In this document: one piece after another, positions 1 to 10,207 of the stretch
Layout: every line of letters starts with the position of its first letter
How positions within the stretch are numbered: position 1 is the first letter of the stretch
Sequence record: NC_031043.1
Direction: 5' to 3' (one strand)
DNA length: 64,000 nt
Position numbers and translations under genes: made by a program
The notes under the pieces: generated by a model
Databases searched by the model: none
The model's input: the letters and a program-made list of their open reading frames with translations, nothing else
What the model was told of the DNA's origin: nothing

Positions 1-1
1 A

Positions 2-1378
2 CAACTGTTATACGACCAGGTCAATCGAGACAACCCACATCTTCCGGTGAAACTGACTCCGGAGATTGCAGCGTTAACCGATGGCCCCATCGCTAAATCA
101 ATTAACGGGCGAAATACTCAGGTAACTTTTACGGGTTTCCCGGGTACCGGTGTACAGGGTAGGGTCTTGCTGTATTACGACCGAGTGAACCTGACCACGC
201 TGTTCAACTTTACACCAGTGGTTTACTTCCCAGCGTCTGTGACGACGGTTACTGATGCCTTACCGTACATTAATGAAATGCTCGGTCTGTCACTCATCGC
301 TGGGGATGTGACAACGCCTAATGCTAACGTACCTGCTCCGAATGCGAAACAGAAACCGCTGACGCTGACTATCTTAGGGTCATCCCCGGCGTATACCGGG
401 CGGTTGGTTCTGAATTACATGATAGCTGAATCAGGGTATTATCCTAATTCAGGTCCGGGGCCGAAGTCACTGCGTATCGGTACGCAGGCGATGGGGTACT
501 TCGGTATAGCGTCCGATGCGGAGCTGATGTCTCGTAAAGACTTCATGGCGGCAGCCTTCCTGAAGTCCACCCCGACCTTAATCTCGGGAGCGGAAGGTTG
601 GCACAAGTTCTTCTATCAAGGAAGCGTGCTGTATCTCCCGGTGTTCATGCTCGTGCAAGGTGTCTCATGGAACACGCTGTATGCTGAAGGGCTGGTCTAC
701 GGCACAGACAATACTGGCGTGGTTCCGGGTACTCCAGCAGTTAACCAGTCACGTATCATCGTCAGTAACGGTTCAGAGGGGCGTTTTTACTTACGCCCTC
801 GCTTACCTAGCTATGCTCTCGGCGACCCTGCACAAGGGACGACTGCGGAGAAGGTAGGTAGTGAGCTGGACATGGTGAGTAAACTGTATAACGGTGAATG
901 GTCAACACCTGATAATGCGACCCCGTTCACCAGTTACGTGCTGTTCCGCACCACGGTAGCCGGTAGTGCCACGGCACACCTGATGGGTTACCTGTCAAGT
1001 GCCAGTGGGTTCTCGCAGGCGAAAGCCACGGCTTACGCTACGGGTTACTGGACACCGATTGTTGAACTGGTCGACAGCAGTACCGTATTGCTAGGGCTTG
1101 AAGAGTTCCGTGGGAAAGTTGATGTGGTCACCACACCTATCTCATTTAGTGCAGCGAATCAGTTCTCGTTAGCACCAATTGAATTTGGTTTACCGGATAC
1201 CATCGATTACCAACCAGTGACATTTGTTACTGAGAACCGGATGTACTTAAGTCCTCTGCTGCCGTATGCACCGAAAACCATTGACTTCGGGCCGATCGTC
1301 TTCACGGCAAGTCTGTACGAACCACCACCGAAAATATCACTCGCGTCATTAGACGGCGAGTTAAACGGTTTTAATTAG
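2..1378 (+). CDS. Virion structural protein, cassette type A, copy 1 (5'-truncated by the window edge)
   Basis: The frame is open from position 2 (QLLYDQVNRDNPHLP), matching the LQLLCDLVNRDNP start of the copy at 3345, so the true start lies upstream of the GTG at 47. Contains the GPGPKSLRIG..GYFG motif and ends ISLASLDGELNGFN. Confidence 0.75.
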   Translation, partial: QLLYDQVNRDNPHLPVKLTPEIAALTDGPIAKSINGRNTQVTFTGFPGTGVQGRVLLYYDRVNLTTLFNFTPVVYFPASVTTVTDALPYINEMLGLSLIAGDVTTPNANVPAPNAKQKPLTLTILGSSPAYTGRLVLNYMIAESGYYPNSGPGPKSLRIGTQAMGYFGIASDAELMSRKDFMAAAFLKSTPTLISGAEGWHKFFYQGSVLYLPVFMLVQGVSWNTLYAEGLVYGTDNTGVVPGTPAVNQSRIIVSNGSEGRFYLRPRLPSYALGDPAQGTTAEKVGSELDMVSKLYNGEWSTPDNATPFTSYVLFRTTVAGSATAHLMGYLSSASGFSQAKATAYATGYWTPIVELVDSSTVLLGLEEFRGKVDVVTTPISFSAANQFSLAPIEFGLPDTIDYQPVTFVTENRMYLSPLLPYAPKTIDFGPIVFTASLYEPPPKISLASLDGELNGFN

Positions 1379-1390
1379 GGGGTAATCTCT

Positions 1391-2389
1391 ATGTCATTTA
1401 CATTACGTTGGAAGAACCCTAACGCCATTGCGACCACGGTAAACATCTACCGTGATACCAAGGACATTTCTCCAGCTGCTTTACCTGCGCCTATCGTAAC
1501 ACTGACCAACGGTGAAACGGAGTGGCGTGACCCAACTGCGGTTCCGGGACAGACGTACTGGTATTTGTCCACGGTAACGGCTAATGGCAAGACGGTATTC
1601 ACGGCCAGTCAGAAATACACTATCGCGGTCAAACGCGGTATTGGGCCAATGACCTTTATTGCTGGCGATGACCGTCTGGGGTTCATGGGGGCGGTGCCCT
1701 ATGATGAATTGTGGACACCGGGGCAAATGCCTGCTGGTTTCTTGGCAATTTTCCCTACGCTATTAACCGACCGCGTGCAATTGTACAAATTCTCTCGCCA
1801 CGGGAAAATTCTGTACATCCTTGGCGTCGCTGGGCAATTCCCTGGTTATGTTAACTGGGCTTCGTTGTATCAGGCTGGGCTAGTTTTCGGTCGAGACGAC
1901 AACGGGCCTGCTGGGGCAAATGGATTATTGACCCCTACTCCGCAAGACGCGAAGATTCTCCACAACGGCGATGTGTACCGCATGCGTCTCCCACGAGGGT
2001 TAACAGACAAATCAGACAGTCCAGTATTCCCGTTTAACAACGACTACCAACTTAAATCGCATGATATTATCCCGGAGTTGACCGGATACTGTGAGTACAA
2101 TGATTTACTGTACGCTATGGTCGGCAGTGCGACCCCTGAAAAGCAACGCTGGGTTAAGTGGAATGCCCTGAGCTATACGTATCTCGGTCAGAGTGGGGTC
2201 AGTGTGGGTTCTAGTATTATAAACAGCGGCACGTTGTGTATGGAGCGCGACTCGGTCACCGAACGTGTACTGGCGCGGGGACACATCTCGAATCCTACGA
2301 TTGGACCGTTGGAGAACATCACCCGCATTAACTACATCTCGCCAAGTCTGCAGGGGCGCTATCATCCTATCTTTGAATTGGTTGAGTAA
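1391..2389 (+). CDS. Virion structural protein, cassette type B, copy 1 (N-terminal FN3/Ig-like domain)
   Basis: Starts MSFTLRWKNPN..VNIYRD, with WRD..YWY pattern typical of FN3-like beta sandwiches; paralogous to 4809 and 8265; GGGG SD-like sequence upstream. Confidence 0.75.
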   Translation: MSFTLRWKNPNAIATTVNIYRDTKDISPAALPAPIVTLTNGETEWRDPTAVPGQTYWYLSTVTANGKTVFTASQKYTIAVKRGIGPMTFIAGDDRLGFMGAVPYDELWTPGQMPAGFLAIFPTLLTDRVQLYKFSRHGKILYILGVAGQFPGYVNWASLYQAGLVFGRDDNGPAGANGLLTPTPQDAKILHNGDVYRMRLPRGLTDKSDSPVFPFNNDYQLKSHDIIPELTGYCEYNDLLYAMVGSATPEKQRWVKWNALSYTYLGQSGVSVGSSIINSGTLCMERDSVTERVLARGHISNPTIGPLENITRINYISPSLQGRYHPIFELVE

Positions 2390-2398
2390 GGTGACATT

Positions 2399-3322
2399 AT
2401 GACCATCCGTTTGAATTGGCCATCGCAGGCTGAAAAAAACCTAACCTCGATTGAAATCTATCGCAAGGTGGGCTGGAACGCTACCTTGGACGTGAATAAT
2501 CCGGGGACACCCTACGCTACTCTAGCGGGTACTGCTACGGAGTTTATCGACGCGGTTGAGAACCTCACAAATAATACCATTTATAAATATTGGATTGGGG
2601 CGGTGAAAGGCACCGAGCGTTTGATTGGCGCCCCTGTGATGCAGGGATTCTTTTTAGATACCGGTCCCGGGCCGCAAACCATTAAACGTGGGGATTGGGC
2701 TGCAGGGTATTTTGGTACCGTGGCGAAGGCAGACTTTTTCGACACGCCTGAACTCAAACTAATTTTACCTGCGGCACAGGGGGCTATGTTTGTATACGAC
2801 CCGGTAGCATGGCACAAGTTCGTGTTCCGCGGAAAGATATTCTACATTCCTACCTCATCGCATAACCGGGGCACCACCTTTAACACTATCTATGCACGCG
2901 GAATGGCTTACGGTACGGATGACACCGGGCGCGTGATTCCTAGTGGGCAAAATGCGGCAGTTCAAGATTGCAAGGTTTCGAAGGCAGGTAGAACCTACCG
3001 CATTCGTTTACCTCGCACCATTGACGATGCTGATTCCACTTCAAGCCAAACGCACCAAAATGGCGAGTGGATGAACACCATGGCGCGTTTGTACGGGGGG
3101 AGTCTGGCCTTTTCTAATGCGGGGCAAGGGGCGTTCGACACCTTGGCGACTTTGAGTTCGGGTACCTCATCCAACGAAGAAGGGGCGGCGATGCTGACCC
3201 CGCTCTACACAAATGCTACAGGCTATTTCGCCTATCCGTATAACCCGATGATAGTTACTACCTACAATGGATTAACGACAGCGGTCACGGTGTATTTTGT
3301 CTTCGAGTTAGTCCTCCCTTAA
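2399..3322 (+). CDS. Virion structural protein, cassette type C, copy 1
   Basis: Starts MTIRLNW..IEIYR; contains GPGPQTIKRGDWAAGYFG and WHKFVFRGKIFYIP; paralogous to 5804 and 9255. Confidence 0.75.
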   Translation: MTIRLNWPSQAEKNLTSIEIYRKVGWNATLDVNNPGTPYATLAGTATEFIDAVENLTNNTIYKYWIGAVKGTERLIGAPVMQGFFLDTGPGPQTIKRGDWAAGYFGTVAKADFFDTPELKLILPAAQGAMFVYDPVAWHKFVFRGKIFYIPTSSHNRGTTFNTIYARGMAYGTDDTGRVIPSGQNAAVQDCKVSKAGRTYRIRLPRTIDDADSTSSQTHQNGEWMNTMARLYGGSLAFSNAGQGAFDTLATLSSGTSSNEEGAAMLTPLYTNATGYFAYPYNPMIVTTYNGLTTAVTVYFVFELVLP

Positions 3323-3344
3323 CAGTAAAAAGGCGGTAATGTAA

Positions 3345-4796
3345 ATGGGAATGTATACAGCGTCCAGTTTACAGCTGCTGTGTGATTTGGTGAACCGGGA
3401 TAACCCCGGTCTACCTAAACCCTTCATGCCACAAAACGTGGCGTTGAAAGGCACACCTGTTGCAAAGGCTGTGAACGGAAGGAACACACAGGCTACTTTT
3501 GTAGCCAAGCCTGGGTTCGGTCTGCAGGGGACGTTAACGGTCTATTACGACCGTATCAATTTAACGAACCTCTTCCAAAGTAGACCGTTAGATGTAACAG
3601 TGCCGAGAACTGCCGCTACTGTTAAAGACCTGTTACCCATTGTAAACGAGAAGTACGGCCTTAACTTGCAGGCTGAAGATATTACCACTCCGGCAGCCGC
3701 ACTGACGTTACTTGCAACGCCCACTGCAGTAACACTCACCATTACCGCCGCCTCGTTCTGTTTTGCTGGGACGTTGACCGTTTCGTATCTGCCTGAGCCG
3801 ATTGGTTATTATCCGAACAGTGGGCCGGGTACGAAATATCTGATGGCTGGTAATGAACTGTACGGTTATTTCGGATTAGTCGAGCAGAAAGAACTGATAT
3901 CAATTGCCGAGTTATGGTTAGCCGCCTTCCCCGGGGCGACGTCAATAACTGATACCGGTTTCAAATGGTTGAAGTTCTTCTACAATGGTAAGGTGGTATA
4001 TCTCCCCACTTGCTTAGTAGGCACTACAAGTTGGGTATCCCTTTACGGTAAAGGTTTAATCTTCGGTACAGGTGACACGGGTAACCCGCCTTCAGGTACT
4101 ACACCAGTCGAGCAGTTGTTCTACCTCACGAAAACTGACAGTGATAAATCGCATTACTTCAGTTTGAATGTTCCTTTCGATGGCAGCCAGGGGTTGACTT
4201 CTGTACTTGGGTTATTGGTTCGTTTGGGTGACGGGGTTAATGCCGGTGCTTGGGGTAAAGAAACTTCGATTCAGTACACGAACACGGTGATGTTCCAACA
4301 AGTCAGTGGGTCAACTATCTTAGTGGGCAACCTGAAAGGCAGTGGGGGTTCTTGGATACCGTCGTATCAGGACACTGGCTGGTACCCGGTTCTCGAGTTA
4401 TTAGACCCGTCTCAAATCGTGTTGCCGCTGGCTGACGTGGAGACTGTGCTGGCATGGGAGGCCCGTCCATTACCGGTTGAGTCAATTAATCCAGAACCGT
4501 CTATCAAACCGCTAGAGCTTAATTTCTTCGCAGAAGACCAACCTATTCCGGTACCGACGACTTCTGAGAACATCGACGTTATTATCAAGCCATTGTTCCT
4601 GTTAGAGCCTAACGTGACTACTGCGTTACCGTTAGCCGGGTATGCTGAGGCCACCGGCCCTGGGATTACACCTATCGAGATAGGTACACCTGCTTCCGTA
4701 CCGACACGTCCGTTAGCCGTCACAGTGGATACGGCAGAACCAATAATTAAAACGAATCTTTCAGCGCTGGATGGCGAATTGAATGGTTTCCAGTAA
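3345..4796 (+). CDS. Virion structural protein, cassette type A, copy 2
   Basis: NRDNP..RNT..YYDR N-terminal domain, YPNSGPG..GYFG domain, Pro-rich C-terminal region, ends NLSALDGELNGFQ. Confidence 0.75.
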   Translation: MGMYTASSLQLLCDLVNRDNPGLPKPFMPQNVALKGTPVAKAVNGRNTQATFVAKPGFGLQGTLTVYYDRINLTNLFQSRPLDVTVPRTAATVKDLLPIVNEKYGLNLQAEDITTPAAALTLLATPTAVTLTITAASFCFAGTLTVSYLPEPIGYYPNSGPGTKYLMAGNELYGYFGLVEQKELISIAELWLAAFPGATSITDTGFKWLKFFYNGKVVYLPTCLVGTTSWVSLYGKGLIFGTGDTGNPPSGTTPVEQLFYLTKTDSDKSHYFSLNVPFDGSQGLTSVLGLLVRLGDGVNAGAWGKETSIQYTNTVMFQQVSGSTILVGNLKGSGGSWIPSYQDTGWYPVLELLDPSQIVLPLADVETVLAWEARPLPVESINPEPSIKPLELNFFAEDQPIPVPTTSENIDVIIKPLFLLEPNVTTALPLAGYAEATGPGITPIEIGTPASVPTRPLAVTVDTAEPIIKTNLSALDGELNGFQ

Positions 4797-4808
4797 GGAG
4801 TAAATGAA

Positions 4809-5798
4809 ATGGCTTTTACACTGCGTTGGAAAAATGAAAATCCCGCGGGGTCGGTAGTCAAGATTTACCGTGGTACTGCCGCGTTAAACCCGGCATCGTT
4901 ACCTGCCCCGTCGGCAACATTGAGTAATGGTGAAGAGTCGTGGGTTGATACGACTGTGCTGCTCAACACGGGGTACTATTACCTGTTGACCGTTACAGTC
5001 GGCGAACGCACGGTTGCTGGGCCCCAGAAGTTTATCACTATCAAGAACCGGCGGGGTGTAGGTAAGGTCGATTTGATTAACTGGGGTGAGTCAGACATGC
5101 TGGCGAACCTTGGGGATATGGACTTTGCCGAACGTTTTACGTACAACGCTTTCCCCGCAGGCTTCCGGGCTTTGACCGGATTATCTGGAGATGCAGCACA
5201 ATCACTTACCAAGTATTTGCATCAGGGACGTGTCCTGTACATGTTCTCATACGGCGCAAGATTCCAAGCGAAGGTGTTCTCATGGGATGCTATCTACAAC
5301 GCGGGCCTAGTATACGGTGTAGATGGGTTTGGTCCTGATGATGGTCGTGGCGTTCTTTCAGGCGTTGACCAAGGTGGTTTGTTCGACTGGCAAGGTGATA
5401 CGTACCGCATGCGTTTAATGCGCGGGTTATCCGACGTCGGCGAACCTACTGTCATGAACCTGCCTGCCTCGCTGAATAATGCTTTGCATGGTGCCACCGG
5501 ATTAGGTGTGTGTGAGTATAATGAGTTGATTTACCCGTGGTGTGAGTGGATGCCTGCTCAGCAACGTATTGCTAACTGGGGCAACAACGGCCCGTCAAGT
5601 CTGTTCTCCTATAATGCGACGTGGAACGGTGCGGGTTACCTGTGTCAAGAACGTGACCCGGTAACCAACAAAGTTGTGATGCGCGGCTCTGCACCGGCAA
5701 CCAACGTTAGCGTACGTGATGACTTGGAACGCATCGCATTAGTTGACCCTAGCGTGAACTCTGGGTACTTCATGCCTGTTATTGAATTGATGGAGTAA
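4809..5798 (+). CDS. Virion structural protein, cassette type B, copy 2
   Basis: Starts MAFTLRWKNEN..VKIYRG; YRMRLMRG and CEYNELIY are shared with copy 1; AAGGAG SD upstream. Confidence 0.75.
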   Translation: MAFTLRWKNENPAGSVVKIYRGTAALNPASLPAPSATLSNGEESWVDTTVLLNTGYYYLLTVTVGERTVAGPQKFITIKNRRGVGKVDLINWGESDMLANLGDMDFAERFTYNAFPAGFRALTGLSGDAAQSLTKYLHQGRVLYMFSYGARFQAKVFSWDAIYNAGLVYGVDGFGPDDGRGVLSGVDQGGLFDWQGDTYRMRLMRGLSDVGEPTVMNLPASLNNALHGATGLGVCEYNELIYPWCEWMPAQQRIANWGNNGPSSLFSYNATWNGAGYLCQERDPVTNKVVMRGSAPATNVSVRDDLERIALVDPSVNSGYFMPVIELME

Positions 5799-5803
5799 GC
5801 ACC

Positions 5804-6712
5804 ATGTCAATCGTACTCAATTGGAAACAGCAGCCGGGTCAGGTGTTGGATTCTATCGAAATCTACCGCTATGCCAACGCACGTGCTACACCAAACCCAA
5901 ATGCTCTCGGTACCCCGCTTGCCACATTACCGGGCGACGCTACCACGTATGAGGATACCGCGGTCATTAGCAACCAAGTGTATCAGTATCGCGTAGTGTC
6001 GGTGAAGGGAACGGACAAGGTGATGGGCTTGCCCATCGTGCAGGGATACTTCCCGTATACTGGCCCTGGCCCTCAAGAGTTGTTACGCGGGGATTGGTGG
6101 ATAGGTTACTTCGGTACACTGACCAACCAAGAGTTTTTCCTGAACTCAGCAGACATGAATGGACGAGCTGGTTTTGGCGTGTGGAACCAAAACCCAGTTC
6201 TGTTCCATAAGTTCGCTTATAAAGGGAAAATTATATTCATTCCGAACAGCCCGACTATGATGGGTACCTCGTACAATAACCAATACCTCGCAGGACTCAT
6301 TTGGGGTATGTCTGGCGCGGGACGTTTTACGCCAAACGGCCTTTCCGCCGTGGACCAGAGGAAAACGGTAATCAAAGACGGCTTCGAATACATTATTCGC
6401 TTGCCAGAGCTGTATGATAGTGGGAGCTATAGCAGCAATTATAACTCGCTGGCATTCTTTGTTCAGGGCGAGTGGTACAACACGATGGTGCGTCTTTATC
6501 GTGGAGCACCGGCAACAATGCCCGGACGTTGGGGGGATTTGGATGTTGTGCCGGGGAACGCTGGTACTGATCAGGGTGTGGCGCTTTTCGCGCAGGCGTA
6601 CAATAACCAAGTCAGTATTTACTATCGCGGCAGCTACCCCGATTCAGTCAGCACAATAAACAACGCCAACTCCGCTACAGTGTATCACGTATTAGAGTTA
6701 ATCCTTAACTAA
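5804..6712 (+). CDS. Virion structural protein, cassette type C, copy 2
   Basis: Starts MSIVLNW..IEIYR; contains GPGPQELLRGDWWIGYFG; ends VLELILN. Confidence 0.75.
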   Translation: MSIVLNWKQQPGQVLDSIEIYRYANARATPNPNALGTPLATLPGDATTYEDTAVISNQVYQYRVVSVKGTDKVMGLPIVQGYFPYTGPGPQELLRGDWWIGYFGTLTNQEFFLNSADMNGRAGFGVWNQNPVLFHKFAYKGKIIFIPNSPTMMGTSYNNQYLAGLIWGMSGAGRFTPNGLSAVDQRKTVIKDGFEYIIRLPELYDSGSYSSNYNSLAFFVQGEWYNTMVRLYRGAPATMPGRWGDLDVVPGNAGTDQGVALFAQAYNNQVSIYYRGSYPDSVSTINNANSATVYHVLELILN

Positions 6713-6722
6713 GGAGGTAGAA

Positions 6723-8252
6723 ATGGGGACCTACAGTCAATCGTCGCTAGACTTAGTCTGTCGACTGATTCACCGTGACAACCCCCAAATCGAGACACCG
6801 CTCAGTAGCGAGAACGTCATGCTATTGGGCGGGCCGTTCACTTCCGGACTAGGTAGCAGCGGGCGTAATACCCGCGTGCTTCTAAACGGGAAAACGGGTT
6901 CGGGTATAGTGGGAAAGAAAGAGTTCTTCTATGACCGAATCGATATTGGGAAATTGTTCAACGGCATCACTGTCGTATTCACTGCTAAAGGTGAAGCGGC
7001 TACAGTTGTTGACTTGTTACCAGCCCTGAATGAGCAATACGGATTAGGCTTAACTGCCGAAGACATCACCAACGGCTCTACAAAGCTCGGTACGGGTTAT
7101 TCACCTACACCGGTAACAATCACTATAGCTTCCACATCCGTCGCTTACAGAGGCTCTCTGAGCGTTATATGGACACGTCAACCGGTGGGGGTATATCCTG
7201 ACTCTGGGCCGGGAAGTAAAGTATTGTTGGTTGGGAGTTTGAACGAGGGATACTTCGGGATAGTGCAGGAAGCGGAACTCTTTAATCCACTGTTTATACA
7301 CTCGAAGCTTAACGAAGGTCAAGCTACACCGATTGGCACCCCGACGTCACAACCAGCAAACCGTTACTGGTATAAGTTTGTCCGTGATAGTAAAATTTTG
7401 TATCTGGCCAATTATAACCACATGAACGTGCGGTGGCAAGATCTATACTCACGTGGTGCTGCTTATGAAACCGACCAGCCTACCGACAAGCAATTCCCTG
7501 CGGATGGCAATATTGTCGCTCAGCGTTTCGCAATAAAGAAAGCAGAAACAGGGCGTGATTGGTACTTGTCACCGTGCATGCCGAGGCTGTCTACAGTCTT
7601 CCCATGGGACTACGAGGCTGCCAATCAGACCCCTGACCCAACGGGCGATGTCGCCCGACTCTTTGCGAAAATTGTAGCTTCGACTGGGTTCGCCACCGGT
7701 GAGTGGGATAGTCAGTCTATCGACGCTGGCGGTTTCTGGTTCTCGACCACTTCTGAAAAAGACCCCACTAAAGCATTCGGCAGTAACATGGTGGGAATAA
7801 ATCAAAACGTATACGACAAAGCTACCTACAACGGTGGGTGGCGTCCTATGCTGGAGTTAATTGATTTAGATGCTGCCGCTGTACCCCTCGAGGACTTCAT
7901 GGGTGTACCAGACGGCGTACTGCGTAAACCATTATTCACTATTAGCCCCGACACCGGAGAAGTGCTACTGATAGTGAATGACATTAGCTGGGAAGTCTCC
8001 GGCGCATTACGAAAACCTTTGTTGTCAATGGACCCATCGCCATTGATGAATGTGAATACCTTTGGCTGGCACCGATTACCTGAAACACGGCCAGTGCCTG
8101 TCCGTTTAACGCCCGACACACCGTCCCCATTAGGAACGTATGGTTGGAGTAAATTACTGAGGGCGCCGGTTGCTCAGATAACTTCTGAGTACAAGGAAGC
8201 AACGGCGGTGGATTTAAGCACTGCTGACGGCGAACTCGATGGCTTTAATTAA
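6723..8252 (+). CDS. Virion structural protein, cassette type A, copy 3
   Basis: HRDNP..RNT..FFYDR; YPDSGPG..GYFG; ends DLSTADGELDGFN; AAGGAGG SD upstream. Confidence 0.75.
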   Translation: MGTYSQSSLDLVCRLIHRDNPQIETPLSSENVMLLGGPFTSGLGSSGRNTRVLLNGKTGSGIVGKKEFFYDRIDIGKLFNGITVVFTAKGEAATVVDLLPALNEQYGLGLTAEDITNGSTKLGTGYSPTPVTITIASTSVAYRGSLSVIWTRQPVGVYPDSGPGSKVLLVGSLNEGYFGIVQEAELFNPLFIHSKLNEGQATPIGTPTSQPANRYWYKFVRDSKILYLANYNHMNVRWQDLYSRGAAYETDQPTDKQFPADGNIVAQRFAIKKAETGRDWYLSPCMPRLSTVFPWDYEAANQTPDPTGDVARLFAKIVASTGFATGEWDSQSIDAGGFWFSTTSEKDPTKAFGSNMVGINQNVYDKATYNGGWRPMLELIDLDAAAVPLEDFMGVPDGVLRKPLFTISPDTGEVLLIVNDISWEVSGALRKPLLSMDPSPLMNVNTFGWHRLPETRPVPVRLTPDTPSPLGTYGWSKLLRAPVAQITSEYKEATAVDLSTADGELDGFN

Positions 8253-8264
8253 GAGGACTTTCTC

Positions 8265-9245
8265 ATGGCCTTAAAACTGAAATGGAAGAACCCCAACAAA
8301 GGGGCAACCAGCGTAGAAATCTATCGCGGTGATACACCCGACGTGGATTTAACGACCCCGCTTGTCACCTTATCCTCAGGCGAGTTAGCATGGGTAGATA
8401 CCACTGCGTTGTTTGGCAGTACCTACTATTACGTCTGGGCGGTTAACACTGCTAACGACCGTGTGGTCAGTCGTCCTCAGAAAGTGGAAGTCGCAGACCG
8501 TAAAGGTCCCGGTCCAAATACGTTGCAAGCTGGTAATGAGTCTTACGGATATTTTGGTTCCGTGCCGAGCGCGGACTTCGTTAATAGCTCTACTGTATTA
8601 GCCGCATTAAAAACTTTGTCTGGTATCCCGGGCGGGACATCCTACCCAACGTGGTATAAGTTTATCCGGAACGGTAAAGTTCTGTTTGTGCCTAATACGA
8701 CCTTCGGTGACGTGTCTTGGATTAGTCTGTATAATGCAGGGGCGGTTTATGGTACGGACGATAACGGCGGTGTAAACTCGCCCAATAACGTGAATCAGAT
8801 GACCACCTTTGAGTTAAACGGTGACCTGTTCTTGGTACGTTTAGCTAAAGGCGTTCCCGAAAACATGGAGTGGGACGGCACAGCGGTTAATTTGAACACC
8901 CTACCCGCGGCGCAAGGTATCTATGCAGAATACGAAGACCTCATGTATCCGTTAATTACCCTTAGCCCTTTACGAAAACGGATGGTTACTGTTGATGCTG
9001 TAAACCCCACTTCAATAATTCCATCCGGGACTTACAGCAACCGCACATCATACGGCGTAGTTATGCAGGAAGCAGCTACCGTAGCTAACTCAGTACAGCG
9101 TGGTGGCGGCACGTATAATTACGACGCGCATTCCCGTGGGACTATAGAGTCATTCTCTTTACGAGGACGAACGAGTGCTTGCTGTTGGTGGCCTGTAATT
9201 GAATACATTGGTCGTGTCGGCGAAATAAACTTAGCGAATGCATGA
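8265..9245 (+). CDS. Virion structural protein, cassette type B, copy 3
   Basis: Starts MALKLKWKNPN..VEIYRG; GPGPNTLQAG..GYFG; WYKFIRNGKVLFVP. Confidence 0.75.
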   Translation: MALKLKWKNPNKGATSVEIYRGDTPDVDLTTPLVTLSSGELAWVDTTALFGSTYYYVWAVNTANDRVVSRPQKVEVADRKGPGPNTLQAGNESYGYFGSVPSADFVNSSTVLAALKTLSGIPGGTSYPTWYKFIRNGKVLFVPNTTFGDVSWISLYNAGAVYGTDDNGGVNSPNNVNQMTTFELNGDLFLVRLAKGVPENMEWDGTAVNLNTLPAAQGIYAEYEDLMYPLITLSPLRKRMVTVDAVNPTSIIPSGTYSNRTSYGVVMQEAATVANSVQRGGGTYNYDAHSRGTIESFSLRGRTSACCWWPVIEYIGRVGEINLANA

Positions 9246-9254
9246 GGATAGAAC

Positions 9255-10157
9255 ATGGGTATTACAATCGAGTGGGACAATCAAGCCGACCAGCAGTTGG
9301 ATGCGATTGAGGTTTATCGTTCAACATCACCTATCGATGAAAACAGTCCCGGCGTCCCCATTGCAACCTTAAGCGGCACAGACCGACAATACATCGATAA
9401 TGACGTGCGGGTTGGCAACACCTATTATTACCGAGTGGCCGTGAAGAAAGGAGAGAATCGCTCCTTTGGTGCTAATCAAACCCAGGGGTACTACTCCAAT
9501 CTAGGTCCTGGACCGCAGAAGGTTATCAGGGGGGATTGGGTACGAGGATTCTTTGGGGAGATTCCTCCGGTTGAATGGACAACGGTCACTGATGTTACCG
9601 ACAAGATTAAAGCGCAGTTAAAATCCTTAACGGGGATTACGCTTGCATCCAACACCGGTGCAATATGGTATAAATTTGTGTACAAAGGGAAAATCCTATT
9701 TCTTCCCAGTTTGCAGATGATTGTCAGTAATAACTGGCAGAACGGCTATAACGCCGGGTTTATTTACGGCGTGGACGGATTTGGCAGTACGCCAGACGGT
9801 GATGCAGGTGCCGTTAATCAGTTGACGGTGATTGAGGTCGCTGGGCAGCAATACATTGTCCGTGCGATTCGTCTTAGCGATAAACCAACTTCTCAGTATC
9901 TGACAGACCCGTTGGACTTCAATGACAGCGAATGGAAATCAACATACGCGCGTTTACGTACTGATAATGCAGCGTTGACTGACCCTACAATCCAACCGCG
10001 CTTCAATGACTTGGGTTCTATAGTTGGTACAGGTAGCGCGCACATGGCGGATGCTACCAGTCTAGCCACAGTATCGAACTCTACTCCTGAAACGCTAACC
10101 AAGGCACTTAAGACCAGCAGCATCAGCTGGATGGTTGTGCTTGAGTTAATACCGTAA
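9255..10157 (+). CDS. Virion structural protein, cassette type C, copy 3
   Basis: Starts MGITIEW..IEVYR; GPGPQKVIRGDWVRGFFG; ends VLELIP. Confidence 0.75.
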   Translation: MGITIEWDNQADQQLDAIEVYRSTSPIDENSPGVPIATLSGTDRQYIDNDVRVGNTYYYRVAVKKGENRSFGANQTQGYYSNLGPGPQKVIRGDWVRGFFGEIPPVEWTTVTDVTDKIKAQLKSLTGITLASNTGAIWYKFVYKGKILFLPSLQMIVSNNWQNGYNAGFIYGVDGFGSTPDGDAGAVNQLTVIEVAGQQYIVRAIRLSDKPTSQYLTDPLDFNDSEWKSTYARLRTDNAALTDPTIQPRFNDLGSIVGTGSAHMADATSLATVSNSTPETLTKALKTSSISWMVVLELIP

Positions 10158-10207
10158 AAAAGAAAAAGCCCCTCTCCCTTTGGGGAGAGGTAAGCTTTAT
10201 TTTTTTA
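10158..10207. terminator. Bidirectional intrinsic terminator between convergent genes
   Basis: Stem CCTCTCCC (10171-10178), loop TTTG, GGGAGAGG (10183-10190), with an A-run on the left and a T-run on the right. Confidence 0.85.
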
